This document shows positions 1 through 10,025 of a stretch of 64,000 nucleotides of DNA, one piece after another. Position numbers and translations under genes: made by a program. The notes beneath the pieces were generated by a model. The model had not been told where the DNA came from. It did no database searches and worked only from the letters and a program-made list of their open reading frames with translations. The stretch comes from Bacteroidales bacterium (lineage in GTDB: Bacteria > Bacteroidota > Bacteroidia > Bacteroidales > PUMT01), in NCBI GenBank assembly GCA_007132225.1, contig SLPB01000028.1, forward strand, positions 25,985 to 89,984, written 5' to 3'. The stretch's first letter is position 1. Each line of letters opens with the position of its first letter.

Positions 1-1346
1 AATACACTCTTATGAGCTGATAATATTGAAATAATATGTTCCGCGCCAAAAGAAGAGGAAATCCGGGTTAACATATCATTTACAACCTGCATATTATCGG
101 CCCGGAAAAAAATCCAGGCAAAGGAAACAAACTGGAAAGTCATGAATAAAGAAAAAAACCGCCATATCCCCCTGCCGGCACCCCCCGCTTTAAGGCCCGA
201 AGGTGCCAGGTCCTCCCAGAGTTTATGAACCGCAAGAGCCAGTCCGTGCAGTCCGCCCCAAATTATAAACCTAAGGTGAGCCCCGTGCCACAACCCTCCA
301 AGAAGCATAGTGATAAAAAGGCCGGAGTATTTACGTAATTGCCCCTTTCTGCTGCCCCCAAGTGGTATGTAAAGATAATCCCTCAGCCAGGAAGAAAGAG
401 AAATATGCCACCTACGCCAGAAATCACTAATATTTAAAGCTTTATAAGGAGAATTAAAATTTATAGGAAGTTTGAACCCTAATAACAAAGCCACACCAAT
501 GGCAATATCTGTATAACCCGAAAAGTCGCAGTAGATTTGTACCGAGTAACCATAAACAGCCATCAGATTCTCAAAGCCTGAATATGATAGCGGATTGTCA
601 AATACCCGGTCTACAAAATTTATTGATATATAATCAGCTACCACCATCTTTTTAATCAGTCCGCTGACAATTAAAAAAACAGCATGTCCCATTTCCTGCA
701 CAGTAAGTCTGAACGATGTATAAAGCTGGGGAATGAATTCAGCAGCACGTACAATAGGACCGGCAACAAGCTGGGGGAAAAATGACACATAAAAGCCAAA
801 ATCAATAATATTGTTTACCGGCTTGAGTTTTCTCCTGTATATGTCGAAAGTATAACTTATGGTCTGGAAGGTAAAAAAAGAGATCCCTACAGGAAGAACA
901 ATAATTGATATATCCAGATCCTCACCGGCAATTTCATTATACCATAAAGAGAGGAAATTCACAACTTGTATATTGCTGTCTGCAACCTGGTTAAATATAT
1001 CAGTAAGAAAATATGCATATTTAAAATATGCAAGCAACCCAAGATTGATTATGATGCTTATGGTTAAAAAGAATTTCCTGCTTCTCTTTTTCTCTGCTCC
1101 GTGTATCAGATGCCCCAGTGTATAATCTGCAATTGTGGAAAAGATTAGCAGGGAAAAAAAATAGCCACCGGACTGATAATAAAAATAGAGGCTCATAAAG
1201 AAGAGGTAGGAATTCCTCAATATATTGTTCCTGTAGAGGATACTGTAAAAAAAAAGCAGTACCATAAAAAAACCCCAAAAATAATGATTGGTGAAAAGCA
1301 TCGGAGTGTCCGCAGAGTAAGAAAAAATACGGAATAAAAAATCCAT
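1..1346 (-). CDS. MBOAT-family membrane-bound O-acyltransferase (AlgI/PatA/DltB-like); 3' end cut by the window edge
   Basis: Absent from the ORF track because it has no stop in the window. Reverse translation from the ATG at 1346-1344 gives MDFLFRIFSYSADTPMLFTNHYFWGFFMVLLFFYSILYRNN. The same frame at 719-661 reads TSFRLTVQEMGHAVFLIVSG, and at 299-241 reads GGLWHGAHLRFIIWGGLHGL, which is the MBOAT conserved-His region. Confidence 0.8.
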   Translation of the reverse strand, partial: MDFLFRIFSYSADTPMLFTNHYFWGFFMVLLFFYSILYRNNILRNSYLFFMSLYFYYQSGGYFFSLLIFSTIADYTLGHLIHGAEKKRSRKFFLTISIIINLGLLAYFKYAYFLTDIFNQVADSNIQVVNFLSLWYNEIAGEDLDISIIVLPVGISFFTFQTISYTFDIYRRKLKPVNNIIDFGFYVSFFPQLVAGPIVRAAEFIPQLYTSFRLTVQEMGHAVFLIVSGLIKKMVVADYISINFVDRVFDNPLSYSGFENLMAVYGYSVQIYCDFSGYTDIAIGVALLLGFKLPINFNSPYKALNISDFWRRWHISLSSWLRDYLYIPLGGSRKGQLRKYSGLFITMLLGGLWHGAHLRFIIWGGLHGLALAVHKLWEDLAPSGLKAGGAGRGIWRFFSLFMTFQFVSFAWIFFRADNMQVVNDMLTRISSSFGAEHIISILSAHKSV

Positions 1347-1430
1347 CAGACCGGTTAGATAATTACCATAAGTTTAATGGAAGCAAATTACAAATTTATA
1401 GTTAAACAATGGTAATTGATATTAGCCTGA

Positions 1431-2987
1431 TTATTGGGATTGTTTTTGCAAACGCTTTAAATAGTCATCATAGCCATCCATAATGGCAGTGAAAAGAAGA
1501 TCACCAACAAGAGAGGATCCCCTGAAAGTAAAGTGAATGTGATCAAGCTGAGCCAAAGGGGGATCAGCATTTACCCAGGCCGGCATGGAATTTTTACCTC
1601 CCATAGCCCTGTAGATATCCCAGAAAGCAAAGCCTTCGCTGAAAGCAGCACTTCTTTGAGCATCCCTTATCAATTCAATATTTGGATAAGATTCATAATA
1701 TCCTCCGGGTACCCTTCTGGACATATCCGAAACACCAATAACAATCCCGCTGATCTCCGGGGCAACGGATTTCAGGAACTTCAGCTGCCTGCGCAAAGCA
1801 TTCTCGTAATATGTATAATCATCTGTAATATGAGGAACAACATTAACCCCGAATTGCAGAAGTACCAGTCTTACGTTGAGTTCCTCCATCATCTGCCTTA
1901 AAACAGATGAATCGGTGATCGAAAATTCCAACCCGCTACTTCCACGTAAAGGCACGTTATTTACTGCTACACCGGTATTGTTGTCAAGTGATACTGAATA
2001 TATTTCCGGACTTCCGTCTCCTGTAAAAGAAACAGAGTACTGATCCTTATTTTCCGGGAGATCCCATCGTGATAATATCAGCGAATCTGAAGGGAAGTAA
2101 AGCTCTGTATCTATAACCTCTCCCGATGATGATATTTCCATAAGAAAAGGCTTTTTATTGTGTCCCATAAAAATACTGAGTTCTTTCATCTGACGTGATC
2201 TATGATAACCTGCAGTGGTGGGGCCAAATGAAAAAGAGCCCTCAACATCTTCTCCCGGAACCGGTGTAATTTCAGAATAGCTCATCAGTAATCCGTACCG
2301 GTTATGTTCACTTGTATGCCCGGCTCGTCCCACCGGAGAATGCCGGCTCCAGTTACCATCGGTAATTATTCTTACAGCAGCACTATGGGGCACAGCTGCA
2401 ACCACCGGGAACATACCTATCCCCGTCCCGCCAAACCGGGACTGGAAGCGGTTTCTTAACACTGAACTTATTCTGTCATTCTCGATCTGGGAATCTCCGT
2501 AATGCATAATACGAAGGAGTATTTCGCTCTTTTGTAATTTACTGAGTTCAGAAAAAAAGATGTCCATAACAGTGTCATTCCCCGGGGGAACCTCAATGGG
2601 AAATATCAAGTCACGCAATATATCCTCATCAGCCTCCCCGGCAAACACTGTATAACCGGCAGGGTGCTCCTCATTTTCTTCAATTCCTGGTCCGGGGAAC
2701 AGTGAGTCTGAATGTTTCACTTCCCTGTTGGTAAGGGGTAATGATTCTTCAGAATAAACTGGCGCCAGGATGTCGCTGTCTGTTTCTGCGGCATCAAGAA
2801 GATAGGATATATCGGCATAATCGGGCTGTACGGGTCTCAGTATCTCCTCAGGCCCGGGAAAATGCAGGTGAGTATCTTTTCCAATCCGCAGTCCGCCTGG
2901 AGGAAACAGGTATGATATTATTATAAGAATAGAAATTATGGCAAAAAGGAACAAAAACACCCCAACGGGTTTAATGTGTTTTTTCAT
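1431..2987 (-). CDS. membrane-anchored SGNH/GDSL-like hydrolase or acyltransferase, probable partner of the downstream MBOAT
   Basis: Has an N-terminal TM helix (VGVFLFLFAIISILIIISYLF), a GDS block (MHYGDSQIEND) and a C-terminal DxxH block (LDHIHFT). The ATG at 2987 is one codon inside the track's GTG start. It lies 85 nt upstream of the MBOAT on the same strand. Confidence 0.6.
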   Translation of the reverse strand: MKKHIKPVGVFLFLFAIISILIIISYLFPPGGLRIGKDTHLHFPGPEEILRPVQPDYADISYLLDAAETDSDILAPVYSEESLPLTNREVKHSDSLFPGPGIEENEEHPAGYTVFAGEADEDILRDLIFPIEVPPGNDTVMDIFFSELSKLQKSEILLRIMHYGDSQIENDRISSVLRNRFQSRFGGTGIGMFPVVAAVPHSAAVRIITDGNWSRHSPVGRAGHTSEHNRYGLLMSYSEITPVPGEDVEGSFSFGPTTAGYHRSRQMKELSIFMGHNKKPFLMEISSSGEVIDTELYFPSDSLILSRWDLPENKDQYSVSFTGDGSPEIYSVSLDNNTGVAVNNVPLRGSSGLEFSITDSSVLRQMMEELNVRLVLLQFGVNVVPHITDDYTYYENALRRQLKFLKSVAPEISGIVIGVSDMSRRVPGGYYESYPNIELIRDAQRSAAFSEGFAFWDIYRAMGGKNSMPAWVNADPPLAQLDHIHFTFRGSSLVGDLLFTAIMDGYDDYLKRLQKQSQ

Positions 2988-3017
2988 CACAGGTTACCTG
3001 TATTTTACTCTCTTCTG

Positions 3018-4622
3018 TTATTGGCCGGCAGGTTTAATTTTCAGCTGCTGGCCGGGATAGATACGACTGGCATTGCTCAAACTGTTGAGGCTCAGGATAT
3101 CCCTGTCACTTATACCGGGAAACTGCCTGGCAATATCCCATAGCGTATCACCCTGGCGGACTGTGTAATACAGGAATCCACCATCTGTGCTTGTTGTCGA
3201 AACAGCCACCGCAGGCTTGTTTACCTCCGCGGTTCTTCCTGCCCTTGCCTGTTTCTGTGAAAAACTGAGGTTGTTAACCTCATTGTAATAATCGGTCTGA
3301 TTGTTAGGCACATAAACAATCAGGTTCTGACCAGCACGGATGATATTGCCTCTTATGTTATTCCATGACCTAAGATCAGAAACGCGCACATTAAACCATT
3401 CAGCTATGAATCCCAGGTTATCGCCTGATTTAATTGTGTAGTTTATACGTGTCCTCCCGGCAGGCGGACTATGAGTCCCCCTGGAACTTACCGGAGAGGC
3501 GGTAAGGTTTTCCCTGTTAAGGTAATGATCGGCCCTGTGTGCAAAAATACTATCCTGAGAGTCGATAAACCGGGAAGCACTTGCAATTGGCAGCCGCAAT
3601 GAATAGGGGCGGCCGCTTGCCGGAATAATATCACTTCTGTACTGGGGATTAATATCCCTCAGCATCTTTACCGGTATATCAAGAACCTCTGCAACCTGCT
3701 TCAAATGAAGATCCCTGTTTATCGTTATGGTGTCGGTATATAGAGGCATCTCTATCTCGGCAGGAAACATGGCATGTTCTTCAAAATAGTGCATAGCATA
3801 GGTTGCCGCAACAAAAGCGGGCACATAACCTCTTGTCTCCCTGGGCAGGAAGTAGTATATCTTCCAGTAATCCCGGACTCCTCCGGCCCTGCGTATGGCC
3901 CTGTTAACATTTCCGGGACCACAATTATATGCAGCCAGGGCCAGGGTCCAGTCATTGTACATTTTATGAAGATCCTTCAGGTACCTTGCTGCTGCATGGG
4001 TTGATGCATACGGATCACGGCGCTCATCGACCAGGGAGTTCATGGTAAGGTTATACATCCTTGCCGTCCCGAACATGAACTGCCATATTCCGGTTGCACC
4101 GGCACGGGAAACAGCACGGGGATTAAGCGCAGATTCAACCACGGGCAGATACCTTAGTTCCAGGGGGAGGTCGTAAAAATCCAGAACCTCTTCAAACATT
4201 GGAAAGTAATATTCAGTCAAACCAAGCATCATCTCCACCTGTTCCCTTCGGTTTTTAGTGTAGACATCAATATAATTCTTAACCACCCTGTTAAAGGAAA
4301 GGTCAATAACAGAGGGAATTTTGCTTAACCTTTCAATGTATACAGAATCAGGGAACTGGGGGATGATAAAAGTAGAGCTGTCAATAAAAGGTCTCTCCGG
4401 ACGGTTCCTGGCAGCATTCTTTACATACCAGAGATTAAGCAAACTGTCAAGATTGCTTTCAAAAATCAATTCAACAGCATCGGTTATTTCCGGGATGCTT
4501 TCATCGATAACCGAATCGGCAGCATGGATTGATGTTATGCTGTCTCTGCCTACTGAGGCTAAACCTTTGTGACTGCATAGTAAAAATAACGAAATAGCAG
4601 TCATGACAACCAGTCTCTTCAT
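3018..4622 (-). CDS. mltD: lytic murein transglycosylase (SLT domain) with two C-terminal LysM repeats, MltD-like
   Basis: Signal peptide present. SLT catalytic region is VVESALNPRAVSRAGATGIWQFMFGTA...AYNCGPGNV. LysM repeats are YTIKSGDNLGFIAEWFNVRVSDLRSWNN and YTVRQGDTLWDIARQFPGISDRDILSLN. Confidence 0.85.
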   Translation of the reverse strand: MKRLVVMTAISLFLLCSHKGLASVGRDSITSIHAADSVIDESIPEITDAVELIFESNLDSLLNLWYVKNAARNRPERPFIDSSTFIIPQFPDSVYIERLSKIPSVIDLSFNRVVKNYIDVYTKNRREQVEMMLGLTEYYFPMFEEVLDFYDLPLELRYLPVVESALNPRAVSRAGATGIWQFMFGTARMYNLTMNSLVDERRDPYASTHAAARYLKDLHKMYNDWTLALAAYNCGPGNVNRAIRRAGGVRDYWKIYYFLPRETRGYVPAFVAATYAMHYFEEHAMFPAEIEMPLYTDTITINRDLHLKQVAEVLDIPVKMLRDINPQYRSDIIPASGRPYSLRLPIASASRFIDSQDSIFAHRADHYLNRENLTASPVSSRGTHSPPAGRTRINYTIKSGDNLGFIAEWFNVRVSDLRSWNNIRGNIIRAGQNLIVYVPNNQTDYYNEVNNLSFSQKQARAGRTAEVNKPAVAVSTTSTDGGFLYYTVRQGDTLWDIARQFPGISDRDILSLNSLSNASRIYPGQQLKIKPAGQ

Positions 4623-4654
4623 ATAATGAACGGATTATTTTTGATACAAATATA

Positions 4655-5272
4655 TTAAAAATTTACACTGAAGCGTACTCCAAGTCCCATTTGTGATCCG
4701 GGCCTGCGTCCAATTTGCTGATCAGGCCCCATCAATGATGGTTCAACCTTCAGTCCAAGATCCTCACCTACGTCAAATTCAAACAGATGGGCATCTACAG
4801 CAGCATCAACCACATTAAGCGCATAGAACAAAGCTGTCAGAATTATGGAGAAATCACGCTGGCGCCTGTAATAATCCTTATACCTGGTAAGCACCTCCCC
4901 GGTATATCTCGGATCACCGGCAAACTCATCAACCGTCCAGGGATTGCCGTCTATACGGAAATCCAGTGCATTTCTGTACCTTACAAACTGTTCATTGGTA
5001 AAATTCATATACCAGCCTAACCCGGCAAATCCTGCATATATAACAGGCACCTTCCAGTACTTCCTGTTATAGATCTGTCCCATCCCGGGTAATACTGCCG
5101 AATACATAGATGCCTTGCGAGGATCTGGATTGAAGGAGATTTCGGAATGGTCCCCGGTGGAGATGTTTATGGCAATTGGATCATTCTCTCCTGAGAACAC
5201 TTCAGTAGAGTTTATTGGCGGGATAAACTGCAAGAGCAAGCCGGTAATCAGAGTAAGAAGTATATTATTCAA
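4655..5272 (-). CDS. DUF5683-like membrane protein
   Basis: Motif SAVLPGMGQIYNRKYWKVPVIYAGFAGLGWY. The position between parB and mltD is the usual Bacteroidota synteny. The only in-frame start after the upstream stop is TTG at 5272, so the start is uncertain. Confidence 0.6.
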   Translation of the reverse strand: MNNILLTLITGLLLQFIPPINSTEVFSGENDPIAINISTGDHSEISFNPDPRKASMYSAVLPGMGQIYNRKYWKVPVIYAGFAGLGWYMNFTNEQFVRYRNALDFRIDGNPWTVDEFAGDPRYTGEVLTRYKDYYRRQRDFSIILTALFYALNVVDAAVDAHLFEFDVGEDLGLKVEPSLMGPDQQIGRRPGSQMGLGVRFSVNF

Positions 5273-5318
5273 AGCTGGATCAGTTCAGATACTTCAAAAT
5301 AACGTACTGATTAAGGAT

Positions 5319-6200
5319 TTAAGTATTCATTTTATCAAGTAGTCCCACAATTCTTTCAAGTTCATCATTGGAATCAAAGGGGATTACAATTTTACCCTTA
5401 CCCCTTACATTTCTTTTGAATTCAACTTCTGTACCAAAAAAACCGGCCAGGTGATTCTGGAGAGATCCGTAATCTTCTGATTCGGGCCTGGCAGTTTCAG
5501 ATTCTCTTTTATTATCAGGCTTGGGAGCATTAAACTTCCGGACAATCTCCTCCACTTTTCTTACAGAAAGATCATTATTGATAATTTTATGATATAAATC
5601 CAGCTGTATCGCAGGATCATTAATGTTGATTATCGACCTGGCATGCCCCATGCTGATCTGCCGGTGTTTAATCCCAAGCTGTATCTCCGCGGGCAATTTG
5701 AGGAGCCTGATATAATTGGCAATTGTAGACCTCTTTTTCCCAACTCTTTCGCTCAGACTTTCCTGGGTAAGATCACACTCATCTATAAGACGCTGATAAC
5801 TTATTCCAATTTCTATAGCATCCAGATCCTCCCTCTGGATGTTTTCGACAAGTGCCAGCTCAAGCAATTCATGATCGTCGGCAGTTCTTATATACGCAGG
5901 AATGGTTTCCATCCCAACCATACCGGCGGCCCTGAAGCGCCGCTCTCCGGCGATAAGCTGAAATTTGCCCTCAGTGGTATGACGGATAATAACGGGCTGT
6001 ATAATGCCAAGTTCCCTTATTGAATCGGCCAGCTCTTTCAGGGACTCTTCTTCAAATCTCGTCCTTGGTTGAAACGGATTTGCTTCGATAAGGCTAAGCT
6101 TTATCTCATTATGACCTGAAGGACCGTTTTCCCTGCGTGGTGCCTCTTCTGTGATCAGTGCGCCAAGGCCTCTTCCCAAAGCATTTTTCTTTGCAGCCAT
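5319..6200 (-). CDS. parB: chromosome partitioning protein ParB (Spo0J)
   Basis: N-terminus KKNALGRGLGALI, the ParB box NPFQPRTRF...IQPVIIR...LIAGERRFRAA, and an HTH region (QESLSERVGKKRSTIANYIRLLKLP). Confidence 0.92.
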   Translation of the reverse strand: MAAKKNALGRGLGALITEEAPRRENGPSGHNEIKLSLIEANPFQPRTRFEEESLKELADSIRELGIIQPVIIRHTTEGKFQLIAGERRFRAAGMVGMETIPAYIRTADDHELLELALVENIQREDLDAIEIGISYQRLIDECDLTQESLSERVGKKRSTIANYIRLLKLPAEIQLGIKHRQISMGHARSIININDPAIQLDLYHKIINNDLSVRKVEEIVRKFNAPKPDNKRESETARPESEDYGSLQNHLAGFFGTEVEFKRNVRGKGKIVIPFDSNDELERIVGLLDKMNT

Positions 6201-6233
6201 TATTTTTTATCCCTTTTAATTATATTCAGTTTA

Positions 6234-7034
6234 CTAACCAATTTGTTTACCGGCATCACTCATTTGGGTTTTATCATTTCTCTGCAGTATCTCTCTTGCA
6301 AGATTAAGATGATTCACCGCCCCGTTTGAATTTATATCATACATCAGCACAGGCTTACCAAAACTGGGGGCTTCACTAAGTTTGACATTCCTTTGAATAA
6401 TTGTATCAAAAACCATCTGTTGGAAATGCTTCTTTACCTCTTCAACAACCTGATTTGACAAACGTAACCTTGCATCATACATAGTAAGGAGGAAACCTTC
6501 AATAACCAGACCTGTGTTGAGCCTGTTCTGGACTATCTTTATAGTATTAAGTAACTTACCAAGACCCTCCAGGGCAAAATACTCGCACTGAACAGGTATT
6601 AAAACGGAGTCTGATGCAGTTAGTGCATTAAGGGTTATCAAGCCAAGGGAAGGAGAACAATCAATAAGGATAAAATCATATTTGTCCTCTATTTTGGAGA
6701 TAACCGTTTTTAATATCTGTTCACGGTTGGGTAGATTTGTCATTTCAATCTCGGCGCCCACAAGATCTATATGCGAAGGTATCAGGTCAAGCTTCTCAAC
6801 TTCAGTATTTAGTATAATGCCATTTGGATCCAGGTCATCAATAAGACATTCATAGATACTGGTTTTTATGGTACGAATATCAAATCCCAATCCTGAAGTG
6901 GCGTTTGCCTGAGGATCCGCATCGATTAACAATATCTTTTGTTCCAGCACTGCAAGACTCGCAGCAAGGTTAATAGCTGTGGTTGTTTTTCCAACTCCGC
7001 CCTTCTGATTGGCTAATGCAATTACTTTTGCCAT
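6234..7034 (-). CDS. parA: ParA/Soj partitioning ATPase
   Basis: Deviant Walker A NQKGGVGKTTTAINLA, then LLIDADPQANAT. It sits immediately upstream of parB. Confidence 0.93.
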   Translation of the reverse strand: MAKVIALANQKGGVGKTTTAINLAASLAVLEQKILLIDADPQANATSGLGFDIRTIKTSIYECLIDDLDPNGIILNTEVEKLDLIPSHIDLVGAEIEMTNLPNREQILKTVISKIEDKYDFILIDCSPSLGLITLNALTASDSVLIPVQCEYFALEGLGKLLNTIKIVQNRLNTGLVIEGFLLTMYDARLRLSNQVVEEVKKHFQQMVFDTIIQRNVKLSEAPSFGKPVLMYDINSNGAVNHLNLAREILQRNDKTQMSDAGKQIG

Positions 7035-7343
7035 CTTATCTAAGTTTCTGTTTAATAAAATTTCTGCACAATGATAAATAAAATTATTATAAGTGTGCTT
7101 AAAAGTACACTTAAATAGCAGAACTGATTATCCTGATAAACGCAGAGTTTTTAACAATAAAACAGGGGTTTTGAACAGGTTATTAACATGTCTGGCGGAA
7201 TTAACTCATTTGCAACCTTCTGTCATAACAGCAATTTGCCTGGAAGCGCCAAAATTGTTTATAAATAGATTAAGTTGAAAAAGTAATTACTAATCCTGTT
7301 GTCAATATATTATTTGAAGCTGGGAAATAACCAAAAAAAAGTA

Positions 7344-7351
7344 TAGGTTTG
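7344..7351 (+). promoter_or_regulatory. candidate Bacteroidota -7 box (TAGGTTTG) for the lipid kinase gene
   Basis: Exact TAnnTTTG match 33 nt upstream of the ATG at 7384. Confidence 0.45.
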
Positions 7352-7383
7352 AAAGCTTAATAAGATTAACCGTAACAAAAAAA

Positions 7384-8334
7384 ATGACCTCCGGAAAAGT
7401 AAATCATTACCTGATAATAGTTAATCCAAACGCAGGCAGACGAAAGGGTGAAAAGGACTGGGATACAATATCATCATTGCTTCAGAAGGCCGGGTTTACT
7501 TACAAAGCGTTGTTTACCAAGGCGCCCAGGCATGCAATCGATATTGCTGTTTCACATATTGAAAACGGATACCACAGGATTATCGTGGTTGGTGGTGACG
7601 GAACAATGAATGAGGTGGTGAATGGAATATTCCACCAAAAGCGGTTCTTAACAAGTGACATTTCACTTGGAATGATCACCGTTGGAACAGGAAATGACTG
7701 GGGGCGTATGTTTAATATTCCCAGGGGATATGCAGAGGCAATTGCCACCATACAACAGAATAACAGTTTTATTCAGGATGCAGGCGTAGTCAATTATTAT
7801 CATGGAAAAAATCAGAGAAGCCGTTACTTTGTAAATATAGCCGGAATAGGGTTTGATGCACTGGTTGTAAACAAAACCAACAAAATAAAGATGTCTGGTA
7901 AAAGGGTACCATGGGCTTACCTGAAAAGCATTATTACCAGCTTAATGAAATACCGGCATACTAATACAAAGATCAGGATCGACGATCATGAAATAAAAAA
8001 CGATACCTTCAATATAAGTATAGGTATTTGCAAATATAACGGGGGTGGTATGATGCAGCTTCCCGGCGCAATAGCCGATGACGGCCTGTTTGATATAACT
8101 GTTATTAACAAAATAAAAAAGTACGATGTTATATTAAATCTCAGGAAGCTCTATAACGGCAAAATTGTAAACCATCCTAAAGTTAAAACATACAAGGGAA
8201 AAACCATATTAATAGATTCAATGCCTTTAATCCACCTTGAAACAGATGGAGAATCTCTGGGGCACAGTCCTTTTACTTTTAACATTATACCCCGTAGCAT
8301 AAAGGTTCTGGTGGGAATGCCCTCCCTGCATTAA
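7384..8334 (+). CDS. diacylglycerol-kinase-family lipid kinase (YegS/BmrU-like), paralogue 1
   Basis: IVNPNAGRRKG, VVGGDGTMNEVVNG and TGNDW motifs of the DAGK catalytic domain. Confidence 0.8.
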   Translation: MTSGKVNHYLIIVNPNAGRRKGEKDWDTISSLLQKAGFTYKALFTKAPRHAIDIAVSHIENGYHRIIVVGGDGTMNEVVNGIFHQKRFLTSDISLGMITVGTGNDWGRMFNIPRGYAEAIATIQQNNSFIQDAGVVNYYHGKNQRSRYFVNIAGIGFDALVVNKTNKIKMSGKRVPWAYLKSIITSLMKYRHTNTKIRIDDHEIKNDTFNISIGICKYNGGGMMQLPGAIADDGLFDITVINKIKKYDVILNLRKLYNGKIVNHPKVKTYKGKTILIDSMPLIHLETDGESLGHSPFTFNIIPRSIKVLVGMPSLH

Positions 8335-8352
8335 TCCGCAATTCATGCAGGG
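8324..8352 (+). terminator. weak hairpin overlapping the lipid kinase stop codon
   Basis: CCCTGCAT (8324-8331) pairs with ATGCAGGG (8345-8352) around a 13-nt loop. The T tract that follows (ATATATTTCC) is poor. Confidence 0.35.
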
Positions 8353-8394
8353 ATATATTTCCAGTATCCCGGCAACCGGTCTGAGAAAAATCTG

Positions 8395-9513
8395 CTACTT
8401 CTCAACAAGCTCTATTTCAAAAAGTCTGGGCCAGTTTTTACCTGTTACAAACAGCCGGTCGTTCTCATGATCGTATGCAATACCATTAAGAACATCAAGG
8501 TTAGAGTGATGATAACGCGGGGCTAATATCCCGGTAAGGTCAATTACCCCGGTCACCCTCCCTGTTTCTTGTTCAATTTTGACAATACTGTCAGTTCCGA
8601 AAATATTTGCATAGATCACCCCGTCGATAAACTCCAGCTCATTAAGGTTTTCAACCCTCCCCTTATTATCAAACACTTCAATCCTTCCTGTCTCGGAGAA
8701 GTATTGAGGGTCAAGCAAATAAATGTAATGAGAACCATCACTTTTCAGGAGGTTGCTTCCGTCACTGGTCAGTCCCCATCCTTCTGTCTGATAATGGATC
8801 CTGCTAAGCACCTGGAATGTCTCAATATCATAAATAAAACCTACCCGCGCCTTCCACGTTAGCTGATAAAGTTTACCATCGTGCACACATAAGCCTTCCC
8901 CGAAAAGATTCCTGTCCAGGTTAAGACTTTGCAGCACTTCACCGGTCTCAAGCTCCACCTTCCTCAGTGTGGAGCGTCCGTACTGACCGGTAGACTCATA
9001 AAGGTATCCTTCGTGATATAACAGCCCCTGGGTGAAAGCCCTTATATCATGAGGATAGCTGTTGACTACCCGGTAAGTATACTGCCGGGGAACAATGTCA
9101 GATTTTAATTGTATCCTGAGGTCGTAAGACCCGGTCTTCCCGTCATCAAAAACCACTTCTGCACGTATATGCCTGGTGCCTGCAGGCTGTCCTGATGAAT
9201 TCCACACCACGCCCCCGGGAATATTTCCGGAAAATACCGCTTCATTTCCATCAACCCTCAGGCCGGCCACTTCAACGCCGCCGGGATCATTATCAAAGGA
9301 AAAAAGGATCTCAATATTGTCCCCGATTTCAAAAATATCCCCGTCAGCAGGCTGAACAATTTCTCCGGAGGGCTTAACCGGGGCAGCAGCCGGCTCAACT
9401 GTCCCTCCCGCAGGATCAGCTCCAGGTGATTCTTCCTTTGTGACGGTGGGACAAGCGGTAAAAAACCATAGCAAAAGAAAAGATGAAAAAATTAAATATG
9501 TTGTTCGTTGCAT
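8395..9513 (-). CDS. glutaminyl-peptide cyclotransferase (beta-propeller, plant/bacterial type) with an extra N-terminal domain; probable lipoprotein
   Basis: C-terminal 250 aa read YPHDIRAFTQGLLYHEGYLYESTGQYGRSTLRKVELETGEVL...FGEGL...GWGLTSDG...NELEFIDGVIYANI...NGIAYD. ATG at 9513 gives MQRTTYLIFSSFLLLWFFTAC (lipobox-like); the track start at 9525 is TTG. Confidence 0.8.
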   Translation of the reverse strand: MQRTTYLIFSSFLLLWFFTACPTVTKEESPGADPAGGTVEPAAAPVKPSGEIVQPADGDIFEIGDNIEILFSFDNDPGGVEVAGLRVDGNEAVFSGNIPGGVVWNSSGQPAGTRHIRAEVVFDDGKTGSYDLRIQLKSDIVPRQYTYRVVNSYPHDIRAFTQGLLYHEGYLYESTGQYGRSTLRKVELETGEVLQSLNLDRNLFGEGLCVHDGKLYQLTWKARVGFIYDIETFQVLSRIHYQTEGWGLTSDGSNLLKSDGSHYIYLLDPQYFSETGRIEVFDNKGRVENLNELEFIDGVIYANIFGTDSIVKIEQETGRVTGVIDLTGILAPRYHHSNLDVLNGIAYDHENDRLFVTGKNWPRLFEIELVEK

Positions 9514-9591
9514 AAGTAATAACAAATTGAATTTTTAGCTGAGTATATCAATAAGCTTACATTTTGATATTTACCGGCAAAATGGCTGACT

Positions 9592-10011
9592 TTAGTTCCC
9601 CAGCAATTTTTGCCAGAATCCTCGTTTTTCTTTAACCTGTTGTGGAAATAAAATTTCATTACTTTCCGGATCCTTATCTTCATTAAGCATTTGCCATACT
9701 TTGCTCCATCCTGGAAATCCTCCTACAATCCGGTCGTCAATAAAAACATGAGCATGAATTTTTCTGCTTGTCTCCCCGTAATACTGTTCCTCCGGATAAC
9801 TTTGATTAACAGCATAAAATTCTATGCCATTATTCCGGCAAAACTCAATTGCCTCTTTAAGCTCCTCCCCCGAACGGTATGTCCAGAGAATGAGCTGATG
9901 CCCCTGTTTTTGCAATTCCTTCATGGTTTCAAAAGCAAATAACATTGGTCTACCGATATCAGGAAAGGCATCTTCAACTATGGTTCCGTCAAAATCAATT
10001 GCTATCTTCAT
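9592..10011 (-). CDS. small HAD-superfamily hydrolase-like protein
   Basis: N-terminal MKIAIDFDGTIV (DxDGT nucleophile motif) and a late IDD acidic motif. Specific function unknown. Confidence 0.55.
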   Translation of the reverse strand: MKIAIDFDGTIVEDAFPDIGRPMLFAFETMKELQKQGHQLILWTYRSGEELKEAIEFCRNNGIEFYAVNQSYPEEQYYGETSRKIHAHVFIDDRIVGGFPGWSKVWQMLNEDKDPESNEILFPQQVKEKRGFWQKLLGN

Positions 10012-10025
10012 TATTTTAAATCAGA

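Noticed and set aside
2713-2720. TGTTTCAC, a parS half-site, inside the SGNH gene.
   Set aside because: The second half (GTGAAACA) is missing; the following bases are TTCCCTGT. A single 8-mer half-site is expected by chance.
7090-7113. Inverted repeat TAAGTGT-N10-ACACTTA upstream of parA, considered as a possible parS site.
   Set aside because: It does not resemble the conserved parS sequence (TGTTNCACGTGAAACA). I saw no full parS anywhere in the window by eye. A 7-bp arm in AT-rich intergenic DNA is weak evidence on its own.
7093-7278. A 61-aa plus-strand ORF in the parA / lipid-kinase intergenic region.
   Set aside because: It has a GTG start and no promoter box in front, shows no recognisable features, and spans the palindrome-containing regulatory region.
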